A DNA stretch of 43,374 bases from Spirochaetia bacterium (GCA_016784705.1 JADHUD010000001.1:1-43374); one strand, 5' to 3'; positions 1 through 9,043 are shown, counted from the first letter of the stretch. The notes: generated by a model not told the origin, from the sequence alone. Program-made: numbers and translations.

Positions 1-3
1 CTA

Positions 4-2001
4 ATGCCGAAATTTAAAGTTGTCTCTGCATATTCTCCTGCCGGTGATCAGGGGGATGCTATTAATAAGCTTTCTCAGGGAATAATAAATGGTTACGATA
101 CACAGACATTAAAAGGGGTTACCGGATCAGGGAAAACCTTCACAATGGCAAAAATTATTGAGAATATCCAGATGCCCACTCTCATATTATCTCATAATAA
201 AACATTGGCTGCTCAGTTATATAGGGAGTTCCAAACGTATTTTCCTGAAAACGCTGTTGAATACTTTGTTTCATACTATGATTACTACCAGCCAGAAGCA
301 TATATGCCTTCCAAAGATCTCTATATTGAAAAAGATTCATCGATTAATGAGGAGATTGAACGGTTAAGACTCTCAGCTACATCTTCGCTTATGGAGCGTC
401 AGGATGTAATAGTTGTCTCCACAGTTTCTTGTATTTATGGATTAGGAAGCCCGATCTCATTTAATGAAATGCGGGTCAGTATCTCAAACGGACAACACCT
501 TAATCATTCAGAGCTGATCCGGGATCTTGTCAGAATTCAGTATGAACGTAATGATGCAATCCTTCAAAGAGGCAAATTCAGGGTTCGAGGTGATATTGTT
601 GAGATTTATCCCGCATATATGAAGGAAGCATTCCGGCTCTACCTGAATTGGGATGAAATTGAAAGAATAACCCGAATAGATCCTCTTACCGGAAATATTG
701 TTGAGGAGTTGAACGAGATAATTGTATACCCTGCTAAGCATTTTGTGCTGCCAGAAGAGCAAGTCCGCAGTGCGGTGAGTACCATACGCAACGAGATGGA
801 AGAACAGTATAATTATTTTCTCAGCAAAGGAAAGCATTTAGAGGCAGAGCGGATCAAGACAAGAACTGAGTATGATCTTGAGATGCTTCAGGAGCTCGGA
901 TACTGTTCAGGTATAGAGAATTATTCACGGCCGCTCAGCGGGAGAAAAGCGGGAGAAAGGCCGGCTGTTCTTTTAGATTATTTTCCTGAACAGTATTTGG
1001 CTTTTATCGATGAATCTCATGTAACACTTCCGCAAGTTGGTGGAATGTATGAAGGAGATAAATCGAGAAAAACTAATTTAGTAAATTTTGGGTTTCGTCT
1101 CCCATCAGCTCTGGATAACAGACCGCTCTATATAACAGAATTCCATGATCTTCTTAAAAAGAAGATATATGTATCTGCAACTCCGGGGAAAAACGAGATA
1201 GCTCAGTCTCAACAGGTAGTGGAACAGGTAATTCGTCCAACAGGACTTCTTGATCCTGAAATAGTGGTTAAGCCGACTATTGGTCAGATTGAGGATTTGT
1301 ATGGCGAAATAATGAAACGCGTTGCGAAGAAGGAACGGATTCTTATCACTACACTTACAAAGAAAATGTCAGAAGATTTAACTGATTATCTTTCAGGAAT
1401 AGGAGTGAAAGTACGATATCTGCACTCAGAAATTGAGACAATAGAAAGAGTGGAGATTCTGACAGACCTGCGATTGGGAACCTTTGATGTTCTGGTCGGT
1501 ATTAATTTATTGCGTGAAGGCCTGGATTTACCGGAAGTTTCTCTTGTCGCTATTCTTGATGCTGATAAAATTGGATTTCTGCGCTCTGCAACATCACTTA
1601 TACAGACTATCGGCCGTGCTGCAAGAAACCTGAATGGTCAGGTGATTATGTATGCGGATAAATACTCTGCTGCTATGCAGGAAGCAATTGAGGAGACTGA
1701 TCGAAGGCGTGCAATTCAGCAATCTTATAATATAAAGCATAACATTACCCCAGTATCTATCAAAAAAGCTGTACACGATATTCTGATTCGGAAAAAAGAG
1801 CAGGCAAAAGAGATTCAGTCAAAGGATATTGAGGTTATCAAAGCAGGATATAACCTTCTTATTCCTGCAGAGAGAAAAAAGCTGATAGCTAAACTGGAAA
1901 AACAGATGCTCGAACATGCTAAAAATTTAGAATTTGAACAGGCTGCAGTTATCAGGGAGGAGATTGATGCAGTGAAAAGAGGTGAGATATCAAGAACTTA
2001 G
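4..2001 (+). CDS. uvrB: Excinuclease ABC subunit B (UvrB)
   Basis: 665-aa ORF with Walker A GVTGSGKT, helicase motifs (IDESH, LLREGLDLPEVSLV, GRAARN) and a C-terminal UVR motif (LEFEQAAVIREEI). The ATG at 4 gives an apparently complete N-terminus. Confidence 0.95.
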   Translation: MPKFKVVSAYSPAGDQGDAINKLSQGIINGYDTQTLKGVTGSGKTFTMAKIIENIQMPTLILSHNKTLAAQLYREFQTYFPENAVEYFVSYYDYYQPEAYMPSKDLYIEKDSSINEEIERLRLSATSSLMERQDVIVVSTVSCIYGLGSPISFNEMRVSISNGQHLNHSELIRDLVRIQYERNDAILQRGKFRVRGDIVEIYPAYMKEAFRLYLNWDEIERITRIDPLTGNIVEELNEIIVYPAKHFVLPEEQVRSAVSTIRNEMEEQYNYFLSKGKHLEAERIKTRTEYDLEMLQELGYCSGIENYSRPLSGRKAGERPAVLLDYFPEQYLAFIDESHVTLPQVGGMYEGDKSRKTNLVNFGFRLPSALDNRPLYITEFHDLLKKKIYVSATPGKNEIAQSQQVVEQVIRPTGLLDPEIVVKPTIGQIEDLYGEIMKRVAKKERILITTLTKKMSEDLTDYLSGIGVKVRYLHSEIETIERVEILTDLRLGTFDVLVGINLLREGLDLPEVSLVAILDADKIGFLRSATSLIQTIGRAARNLNGQVIMYADKYSAAMQEAIEETDRRRAIQQSYNIKHNITPVSIKKAVHDILIRKKEQAKEIQSKDIEVIKAGYNLLIPAERKKLIAKLEKQMLEHAKNLEFEQAAVIREEIDAVKRGEISRT

Positions 2002-2981
2002 TGCGTGATATCAAGTAAGATCAGATCCCGAGCTCCCCCTGAAATATGTGAATAGTACTTTGCATATAGGGGTTTAGAAGAGTTGTTATAAAACTGCTCG
2101 AAACTGGAAAAAGTATAATTGTATATTTCTGACACAGTTATAAGATTATCAGCATTATGGTCAGCCGGAATCATCTCTGATATAGTAAGATCATCGTGAT
2201 TATACCCTAAGCTTTTTAGAAGATAGTAGGTGTAATACCCGTTTTTGACACTGCTATCCTCATATGCCAGCTCATTTTCTCCTGCACTTCCAATTACCCA
2301 TATATCCTTATATTTTGGATCATACTTCTCTGAAAGATACTTTTCCCAGGTTTGGAAAAAATTCAGGGGATCTCCTGTAAAGCCATAATCATCTGGAAGA
2401 CCATCAACATCAACCCCGTTATTCATGGCAAAACCACCGGCAAAACATATATCCAATAGGAGAAGTTTTTTTCCTGGTATTTCAGCAAGTTTATCTAGCA
2501 GTTCAGAGGCATAAAATATCTCTGAGCTTAGCCCGACAGTAAAGTAGGGGATTAGTGATGCTTGGCCATCATATTCAGCTGGTGGGTATAAAAAAGTAGG
2601 ATCGTCAAGTTCGCTGCTCAAAGGAGAGGTACGAAAATAACCATCACCATGCCCGGCAAAGAAGAAAACTGTTATGGTGTTTTCATCAACATCAGGATTG
2701 TTTTTAAGATTTTCCATATCTGCAAGCATTGCTGTTTTAGTTGCATCACTATTATATCTTGCAGTAGTTGTAAAATTTTGCTGAGTTAAAAATTCATTCA
2801 TATCGAAAGCATCGTTATATGTATATGTTAAATCATTAACAGATCCTATATAATCAGCCACACCATAAATTAATGCATAAGAATTTCCGCGTACAGTGTT
2901 TCTGGTATGAAACAAATCACAGGAAGTAAAGAGTAAAATTGAAGCTGTTACAAGAAAGAAAGTTACTATAAATCTCTTCAT
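1998..2981 (-). CDS. Secreted caspase-like cysteine peptidase (peptidase C14 fold), probable lipoprotein
   Basis: Signal peptide ending in the lipobox-like LLFTSC. His-Cys dyad in typical caspase context (FFFAGHGDG and LLLLDICFAGGF). The start overlaps the stop of the upstream ORF (ATGA-type coupling). Confidence 0.75.
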   Translation of the reverse strand: MKRFIVTFFLVTASILLFTSCDLFHTRNTVRGNSYALIYGVADYIGSVNDLTYTYNDAFDMNEFLTQQNFTTTARYNSDATKTAMLADMENLKNNPDVDENTITVFFFAGHGDGYFRTSPLSSELDDPTFLYPPAEYDGQASLIPYFTVGLSSEIFYASELLDKLAEIPGKKLLLLDICFAGGFAMNNGVDVDGLPDDYGFTGDPLNFFQTWEKYLSEKYDPKYKDIWVIGSAGENELAYEDSSVKNGYYTYYLLKSLGYNHDDLTISEMIPADHNADNLITVSEIYNYTFSSFEQFYNNSSKPLYAKYYSHISGGARDLILLDITH

Positions 2982-3631
2982 AACAAACCTTCTTCACTTG
3001 GTGAATCATGATGTATCGAGAGTTCAATCTCTAATCCCACTCCGAATGAGAATGCATACAATACATCTTTTCTCAAATCCACCGTGAGCGGAAAAGTAAT
3101 TTTTGCTGCCTTATGTATGGATTTTGCTTTAATATCTCTCACGAATGTTATATTTGGGATGATTCCTGTTTCAATATGCGCAAATAAGGTTTTTGTATCA
3201 ACATATCGTGAATTATGCATTCGTAGAAAACCTGAAAGGGAAAAATTCTGAGACAGATGATAAGATATTCCTGCATCTAAAAAAAATGAAGAGAATCCTT
3301 TTGCAAATTCAAGACCGGTTACCCGGGTCTCTAAGAGCTGCAAATAGCCGACACCTGTATAGATAGTAAAAGATTTTTCAGGAAACGAAAATAGATATTT
3401 TGCCGAAACAGCATTACCAGGCTGCAGAAAGAAGCTGGTTTGCGGATCACTCGAATCATAGCCGGCAGAATATATATAAGGTTTATAGGTTACCGCGAAT
3501 GAGTTTGAACTGAAAGAATTTGCACTGAGGGGCAGCGTAATCAAGATTATAAGTAATGAAGTTATTTTAATCAGGTATTTTTGTTTTCTACACATTACAG
3601 AAAATATAACCACAGAAAAGCTTTTTAGCAA
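2978..3631 (-). CDS. Hypothetical exported protein, small outer-membrane beta-barrel-like
   Basis: Hydrophobic signal-like N-terminus (LLIILITLPLSANS) followed by ~180 aa of alternating hydrophobic/aromatic strands (FAVTYKPYIY, FTIYTGVGYLQ, LDAGISYHL, FSFGVGLEIEL). The true start may be the internal Met at 3595. No specific family recognised. Confidence 0.55.
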   Translation of the reverse strand: MLKSFSVVIFSVMCRKQKYLIKITSLLIILITLPLSANSFSSNSFAVTYKPYIYSAGYDSSDPQTSFFLQPGNAVSAKYLFSFPEKSFTIYTGVGYLQLLETRVTGLEFAKGFSSFFLDAGISYHLSQNFSLSGFLRMHNSRYVDTKTLFAHIETGIIPNITFVRDIKAKSIHKAAKITFPLTVDLRKDVLYAFSFGVGLEIELSIHHDSPSEEGLL

Positions 3632-3670
3632 TATTAATTTCAGAAAGCTGCTTTACACAGTAATAACCCA

Positions 3671-4807
3671 TTAATCGGGAATGAATAGAGAGCTGACAAT
3701 AGGGACTTTAACTGAAATAACGGAACCCTTATGTAACCGGATTTTACTGAAGAGAATAAGCTCAAATCCTTCCCAATTGCATTCGACGAAATAACCGTTT
3801 CCACTATATTCAGTCTCAATTACCACAGTATGTAAAAAAATGTTACTGAATTCAGCACGTTCTAAATCTAAATCTATATCTAATTCGTTAACGTGAAAAA
3901 TTTCTGCATTTTCAGGTCTGAAAAAGAGATGTCCGGTTTCAGGTTTTGTTTCTGCAACAGGTGTATCTCTCTTAAAATAGTGCATGACACTACTATTAGT
4001 ACAATATGTGTGGTTCTTATGACTAACAGTGCACGTATTCGAGTTATGATTTGTGATTTTAACAGGCAGCATTGTTGACCTGCCGAAAAATTCTGCTGAA
4101 AATTTAGTTTTCGGAAATGAATAGATATCTTCAGGAGTTCCAATCTGCTCAATTGATCCATTGTTTATCATAATTATACGATCACTGATAGATAGAGCTT
4201 CTTCCTGATCATGAGTAACATAAATAGTCGTAACAGTGAGATCTTTTTGTATGGACCGTATCTCTTTTCTTAAAGATTTTCTTAATTGAGCATCAAGAGC
4301 AGAGAGCGGTTCGTCGAGCAGAAGCAGTTCGGGGTGAGGTGCTAATGCTCTTGCCAGTGCTACACGCTGCTTTTCCCCGCCGGATAACTCTTCAGTAGAC
4401 CGCTTGTTATATCCGGTCAGTCCAATAATATCCAACAACGTATTTGTTCTAGCAAGTGAGGCAGATTTATCAACTTTTTTTACTTTAAGTCCATATCCGA
4501 TATTATTTTCTATATTCATATTTGGGAAAAGAGCATAATCCTGAAAAACAAATCCGATATTTCTTTCCCAAATAGGAACAAACAGCAGATCTTTTCCATT
4601 TAATGACATTTTTCCTTCATCCGGATCAAGCAATCCTGAGATAATTGAGAGTGTGGTAGTTTTACCGCATCCTGAGGGTCCTACCAGAGATACAAATTCT
4701 CCCTGCTTAATAGAAAAAGAGATATCGAGTATAAAATCAGCATATATTTTTTTAATACCCCGTAAATTCAAACCGGATTCCATTGAAGAAATAATTGTAG
4801 AAATCAT
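3671..4807 (-). CDS. thiQ: ABC importer ATP-binding subunit of the thiamine/TPP uptake system (PotA/FbpC-like, with C-terminal extension)
   Basis: Walker A GPSGCGKTT, signature LSGGEKQRV, Walker B LLLLDEPLS, H-loop VTHD. About 140 extra C-terminal residues. The start overlaps the permease stop. Last gene of the riboswitch-controlled operon. Confidence 0.85.
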   Translation of the reverse strand: MISTIISSMESGLNLRGIKKIYADFILDISFSIKQGEFVSLVGPSGCGKTTTLSIISGLLDPDEGKMSLNGKDLLFVPIWERNIGFVFQDYALFPNMNIENNIGYGLKVKKVDKSASLARTNTLLDIIGLTGYNKRSTEELSGGEKQRVALARALAPHPELLLLDEPLSALDAQLRKSLRKEIRSIQKDLTVTTIYVTHDQEEALSISDRIIMINNGSIEQIGTPEDIYSFPKTKFSAEFFGRSTMLPVKITNHNSNTCTVSHKNHTYCTNSSVMHYFKRDTPVAETKPETGHLFFRPENAEIFHVNELDIDLDLERAEFSNIFLHTVVIETEYSGNGYFVECNWEGFELILFSKIRLHKGSVISVKVPIVSSLFIPD

Positions 4808-6492
4808 AATTTTTCCCTCAGATACTCAAAAACTGAAAAGAGTATAATACACATGGCAACCAGCAATGTTCCTACCGCACATGCTGCATAAAAATTATAA
4901 GAACCAATTAACCGATAGAGTAGAATAGGTATGGTTATGGTGTTTTCATCAGCAAGTATCAAAGTTGCATTTATTTCACCAAAAGATATGGCCACAGCAA
5001 AAACAGATCCTGAAATTATGGCATTTTTCAACAAAGGAAGTTCAATGCTGAAAAATACCCGCACAGGTTTTGCTCCCAGAGATAAGGCAGCAGAAGAGTA
5101 AGTTTGACGCATATTTCGAAGAGCAGGCATAACAGATCTTAGAATGAATGGTAATGTTATAATTGCATGGGCAGCAACAATCAGCAATCGATTGACAGAC
5201 ATGGTTCCGGTAATATTAGAGAGTAGATAGTACCCGAGTCCCAGTATAACTGAGGAAACAGCAAGTGGAAGCATAAACAGCAGCTCAGGTAAATATGATT
5301 TGTTCGGGGTTACAGAAATAGTGAAGTAAGAGAGACCTATTGCAGCAGGTATGGCAACAGCCGCAGAGGTGATTGCAAGCAGCAGACTGTTTTTGAAAGC
5401 AGCTGCAGTAAGAGAAAGTGTTCCCTGGTTAACACTGAATAGCTGTTTATACCATTTCAATGAGAGTAAAGCGGAACTTCCGCGTGACAGCTGTGTTTGA
5501 AATGATCTGAATATAACAGAAATAATTGGTGCAGTTACAAACAGTACTGCTGCTGTTATATATAAAACTATAATAATAGAGGTGATTTTTGATGGATTGA
5601 GTAGAGTACTATGCTGGAAGATCGGGCGCTTAAATCCGGCAGTATTCCGCATCATCTTTTTTTGAAAAACTAGATAGATAAGCAGAATCACAGATGAAAT
5701 TGTAATAGATATAATGGCAAGTCCAGCTGCTGTATGTAAATCGAATGATACACGTGCCTGTCTGAATATTTCCACCTCTATAGTGGTGAACCATGGACCT
5801 CCCCCAAGTACCAGAATGATTGCAAAGCTGGTAAAACAGAATAAAAAAATTAATGCCGCAGAAGAGAGAATTGCTGGATAAATTTTAGGTAAAGTAATAG
5901 AAAAAAAGGTTTTACATCTCTTTGCGCCCATTGTATAGGATGCAAGTTCTGAATTGTCTGAAACCTGTTCCCAATATCCGGCAATTAGATTAATACATAT
6001 GGGAAAATTATAGAAAGCATGCGCAAATATAATTGCTTTGAAAGAGTAGAGAATTTTCAAGGGTGGTTCTGATGTGTTAAAAATCTTCATAAGAAAGTTG
6101 TTGAGAAATCCATTATTACCATAAAAAATCACAAACCCCAGAACAACAATTATTGAAGGCAGTACGAACGGAACAGCACTTATTGCACGGATAATGAATT
6201 TCCCTTTAAAATTGAATTGTGAAATAAGGTATGAACCTGGTAATCCGATAAGTATAGCTGATACGGTGCTTAATAGAGCCTGGAGTGTAGTGAAACCGAT
6301 TATTCTCCAGATATAGGAGGATTTAAGAAGTGTGCTGAAAACAGAGAACGAAAAGGTATTAGTATTTGTTAAAAATGCCTGACGCAATACCATGAATATA
6401 GGCAGAATAAAGAGAGGAACAAGCAGAAATATCCCAAAATATGCAAGAAGTGAGGTGAATCTGAATGTTTCCTTCCGATAATCAAAAGACAT
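4804..6492 (-). CDS. thiP: ABC importer permease, fused two-domain type (ThiP/FbpB-like)
   Basis: 562-aa polytopic membrane protein with two permease halves. Overlaps the stop of thiB and the start of the ATPase gene. Confidence 0.85.
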   Translation of the reverse strand: MSFDYRKETFRFTSLLAYFGIFLLVPLFILPIFMVLRQAFLTNTNTFSFSVFSTLLKSSYIWRIIGFTTLQALLSTVSAILIGLPGSYLISQFNFKGKFIIRAISAVPFVLPSIIVVLGFVIFYGNNGFLNNFLMKIFNTSEPPLKILYSFKAIIFAHAFYNFPICINLIAGYWEQVSDNSELASYTMGAKRCKTFFSITLPKIYPAILSSAALIFLFCFTSFAIILVLGGGPWFTTIEVEIFRQARVSFDLHTAAGLAIISITISSVILLIYLVFQKKMMRNTAGFKRPIFQHSTLLNPSKITSIIIVLYITAAVLFVTAPIISVIFRSFQTQLSRGSSALLSLKWYKQLFSVNQGTLSLTAAAFKNSLLLAITSAAVAIPAAIGLSYFTISVTPNKSYLPELLFMLPLAVSSVILGLGYYLLSNITGTMSVNRLLIVAAHAIITLPFILRSVMPALRNMRQTYSSAALSLGAKPVRVFFSIELPLLKNAIISGSVFAVAISFGEINATLILADENTITIPILLYRLIGSYNFYAACAVGTLLVAMCIILFSVFEYLREKL

Positions 6493-7538
6493 TATTTACT
6501 CATTAATTCTGTCCATTCTTTAAGACGTTCATCTAGATGAAGAGCCGTTTCATCAGCGGGCAGTGATAGTTGAATTGCCGGTTTCGGAGCGAAAGCATAG
6601 GATTCGGGAAGTGTAATATTCTGCACCACGGGATACATCCAATTAGTTAACGGTAATACTTTCTGAACTTCCGCACTTAATAGAAAGTCTATAAACAATT
6701 CAGCCGCTGCCAGGTTTTTTGTACCTTTAATAATTCCTGCACCTTCAATCTGTAAATAATGTCCATCCTCAAACATCAGCACCTGATATCGTTCAGTTTC
6801 CTCATATTCCACATGGTACGCGGGGCTGGTTGTATAACTTAGCACAATTGGTGCTTCGCCCGCCGTAAATAGACCATATCCGGTATCCCAACCATCGGTA
6901 ATAGTAAGAAGATTCGGTTTCAACTCTTCCCAGAAATCCAGATACTCATCTTTGAACACAGATACAGTCCAGTGCAGGAGTCCCAATCCAACTGATGAAG
7001 TTCTTGGATCCATAATAATTATTTTTTTGTTAAACTCTGGAGAAAGCAGTTCTGATAATGATTCAGGTCTATTTATCTGTACTTCAGTATCATGAATGAA
7101 AGCAAAATAACCATAATCATAGGGTGTTATGTGATAGGTGGGGTCAAAATGAAGTTCAACAGGAACTGATTCAAGCAAATTGCTCTTATATACTGTAAGA
7201 ACTTGCTCGTTTAGTGCGCGATACAACAAATTATTATCAATACCAATGATAATATCAGCTTTTGGGTTGTTTTTTTCAAGTATAACCTTCTGCAGTACCT
7301 GGCCGCTGTCACCTGCTGAAATCATATGTATTTTAATCCCAGTCTCCTTTTCAAATTTCTCGATGATAGATGGGCCAGGTCCCCATTCAGATACAAATGA
7401 GTCATAAGCATAAATAGTCAGTATTGGTTGATCAGATACAGGTAAAGTGTTTGCTGATTCTTGTCTGCCAGCGCTGAAAACCAAAGAAAAGGACATGAAT
7501 AAGAGAACAGTCAGAACAAAGAAGAAGAATTTTTTCAT
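6492..7538 (-). CDS. thiB: Thiamine / thiamine-pyrophosphate periplasmic binding protein (TbpA/ThiB)
   Basis: Signal peptide, then LTIYAYDSFVSEWGPGPSIIEKFE...ADIIIGIDNNLL, which closely resembles the E. coli TbpA N-terminal region as I recall it. Start placed at the ATG at 7538 (MKKFFFF), 7 nt after GGAG. The ORF track starts 12 nt further upstream. Confidence 0.88.
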   Translation of the reverse strand: MKKFFFFVLTVLLFMSFSLVFSAGRQESANTLPVSDQPILTIYAYDSFVSEWGPGPSIIEKFEKETGIKIHMISAGDSGQVLQKVILEKNNPKADIIIGIDNNLLYRALNEQVLTVYKSNLLESVPVELHFDPTYHITPYDYGYFAFIHDTEVQINRPESLSELLSPEFNKKIIIMDPRTSSVGLGLLHWTVSVFKDEYLDFWEELKPNLLTITDGWDTGYGLFTAGEAPIVLSYTTSPAYHVEYEETERYQVLMFEDGHYLQIEGAGIIKGTKNLAAAELFIDFLLSAEVQKVLPLTNWMYPVVQNITLPESYAFAPKPAIQLSLPADETALHLDERLKEWTELMSK

Positions 7539-7620
7539 AAGTAACTCCAATGATTGAGAAAGATTGAGTTTGTTCTGTCTGAGGGGATCTGTGTGAAAGA
7601 ATAAGCAATAAATTGCTTAT

Positions 7621-7712
7621 GTCGATCCCTTCGCTGGAATTACCCAGATCAGGTTCAACGGGTGTGATCTCAGGCTTCAAATCTGTTTTAGATAGAGAAG
7701 CCACCCCAAGAC
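7621..7712 (-). promoter_or_regulatory. TPP (THI-box) riboswitch aptamer
   Basis: The minus strand reads CUUGGGGUGGCUUC..GAAGCCUGAGAUCACACCCGUUGAACCUGAUCUGGGUAAUUCCAGCGAAGGGAUCG. It contains the invariant CUGAGA and ACCUGAUCUGG.UAAU.CCAGCG blocks of the TPP riboswitch and lies directly upstream of thiB. Confidence 0.92.
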
Positions 7713-7719
7713 ATTTTGT

Positions 7720-7748
7720 ATAATACTGTAATTAAACTATCGTGGCAA
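7720..7748 (-). promoter_or_regulatory. Putative sigma-70 promoter of the thiBPQ operon
   Basis: Minus strand has TTGCCA (7748-7743), a 17-nt spacer, then TATTAT (7725-7720), a few nt upstream of the riboswitch 5' end. Confidence 0.5.
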
Positions 7749-7754
7749 GCCTGA

Positions 7755-7789
7755 ATTGAACTAAATCATTGAACTGAATACATTGAACT
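7755..7789. repeat. Three tandem ATTGAACT motifs with 13-14 bp period
   Basis: ATTGAACT occurs at 7755-7762, 7768-7775 and 7782-7789 in the divergent thiB/murG intergenic region. Confidence 0.8.
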
Positions 7790-7819
7790 TAACAACTGTT
7801 AAAGTGGTACTCTGCCTTC

Positions 7820-7898
7820 GTTTGCATTCAGCAATAAAGAAATAATAGAAAATTTAGTATCGGATATTTATGGACTAATAGTTTGCATTCAGCAATAA
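7820..7898. repeat. 18-bp perfect direct repeat GTTTGCATTCAGCAATAA (two copies)
   Basis: Copies at 7820-7837 and 7881-7898, 61 bp apart start to start, just upstream of the murG ATG. Confidence 0.9.
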
Positions 7899-7906
7899 TA
7901 CTCTAT

Positions 7907-9043
7907 ATGAAAAGTAGTAAAAAGAGTGCGTCCATTGCTTTTACCGGCGGGGGAACTGCGGGTCATATCTTACCAGGGATTGCTGTAATTGAGGTGCTGA
8001 AAAAATACCATTCTAGAGAAACTGACAAACCTGGCAGTAAGGGCTTTGAAATGTTCTGGATATGCTCCAGAAGTGTTGCTGAGCAGAAATTATTGCAAAA
8101 AAATGGTATACCTTCTTATCCGATAGCAGCGGGAAAATTACGAAGATATTTTTCTATAAAAAATTTTCTGGATGTTTTTCTGGTTTTCGGAGGAATTCTC
8201 CAATCCATCTCCATTCTGTGGAGAAAAAAACCCGCATTACTTTTCTCGAAAGGTGGTTATGTAAGCTTCCCGCCGGTTGCTGCCGCATGGCTTTTGAAAA
8301 TACCCATTATTATACATGAATCAGATTTAGATCCTGGTTTAACTACTCGGTTAACTGCTAGATTTGCCAGTAAAATTCTTATTCCCTTTAAGGAATCACG
8401 AAGATTTTATCCGGATTCATATAGAGAGAAACTCGTAGTAACCGGAAACCCAGTGAGAAGCGATGTAAAAAATGGCAGTAAAGCGGAGGGACTGCTATTT
8501 TGCGGAGTACCTGATAACAAACCTATTATTTTTGCTGCAGGTGGAAGTCAGGGTGCAGTGCGGATCAATAAACTTTTAGAATTGTGTATACACGAGTTAT
8601 GTGAAAAGTTTGTAGTAATACATCAAACTGGATTTAACTGGACGTTTGCATTTAAGCATAATAATTATAGACACTTCACTTTTATTGATGAACATTATGC
8701 TGATATTGCTGCAGCATCTGATCTGGTTATTTCAAGAGCAGGAGCTGGAGCTGTATGGGAATTTGCAATTATGGGTAAGCCGATGATTCTTATTCCCATA
8801 AATTCTGCTTCAAGCAGGGGAGATCAGTTGCGGAATGCTGATTTCTTTGAAAATAATGGTGCTGCTGTTGTCCTGAAAGGAAAAAAAGTAAATACAGAAA
8901 ATCTTAAAAATGTTATACTATCACTAGTAGAAAATGATAACTATAGAAAAGAATTGGTAAAACATGCAAAAATACTCTGCAATGATAATGCAGACATATC
9001 AGTTGCTGATGTTATCATAACAGATATTGGAGGAATTCTATGA
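7907..9043 (+). CDS. murG: UDP-GlcNAc:undecaprenyl-PP-MurNAc-pentapeptide GlcNAc transferase (MurG)
   Basis: N-terminal FTGGGTAGHILPG motif and the C-terminal glycosyltransferase-28 region (ISRAGAGAVWE). Start placed at the ATG at 7907 (MKSSKK). The ORF track starts at TTG 7883, inside the direct repeat. Confidence 0.9.
   Translation: MKSSKKSASIAFTGGGTAGHILPGIAVIEVLKKYHSRETDKPGSKGFEMFWICSRSVAEQKLLQKNGIPSYPIAAGKLRRYFSIKNFLDVFLVFGGILQSISILWRKKPALLFSKGGYVSFPPVAAAWLLKIPIIIHESDLDPGLTTRLTARFASKILIPFKESRRFYPDSYREKLVVTGNPVRSDVKNGSKAEGLLFCGVPDNKPIIFAAGGSQGAVRINKLLELCIHELCEKFVVIHQTGFNWTFAFKHNNYRHFTFIDEHYADIAAASDLVISRAGAGAVWEFAIMGKPMILIPINSASSRGDQLRNADFFENNGAAVVLKGKKVNTENLKNVILSLVENDNYRKELVKHAKILCNDNADISVADVIITDIGGIL

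Noticed and set aside
158-1776. Track ORFs inside uvrB (158-367, 508-837 and 1594-1776).
   Set aside because: They are alternative-frame or antisense shadows of a strongly supported gene. The same applies to the short ORFs inside thiQ, thiB, the murG/cvpA junction, holB, the kinase gene, the 16310-16831 ORF, ppdK, the ABC-F gene, the M29 gene, the S41 gene, the transposase gene, smc, ffh, trmD, rplS, cca and ileS (for example 3880-4161, 7180-7407, 9015-9233, 10940-11227, 18774-19139, 23353-23782, 25250-25570, 31842-32102, 35654-35875, 41007-41216 and 42512-42721).
1998-3631. A possible bacterial gasdermin plus caspase-like protease defence pair.
   Set aside because: Both proteins carry N-terminal export signals (the protease has a lipobox). 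The upstream protein looks like a beta-barrel rather than a cytoplasmic gasdermin. No NACHT/STAND or other sensor gene is adjacent.
7432-7704. A 90-aa minus-strand ORF from the track.
   Set aside because: It runs through the TPP riboswitch and the thiB signal-peptide region in another frame, and the riboswitch fully explains the region.
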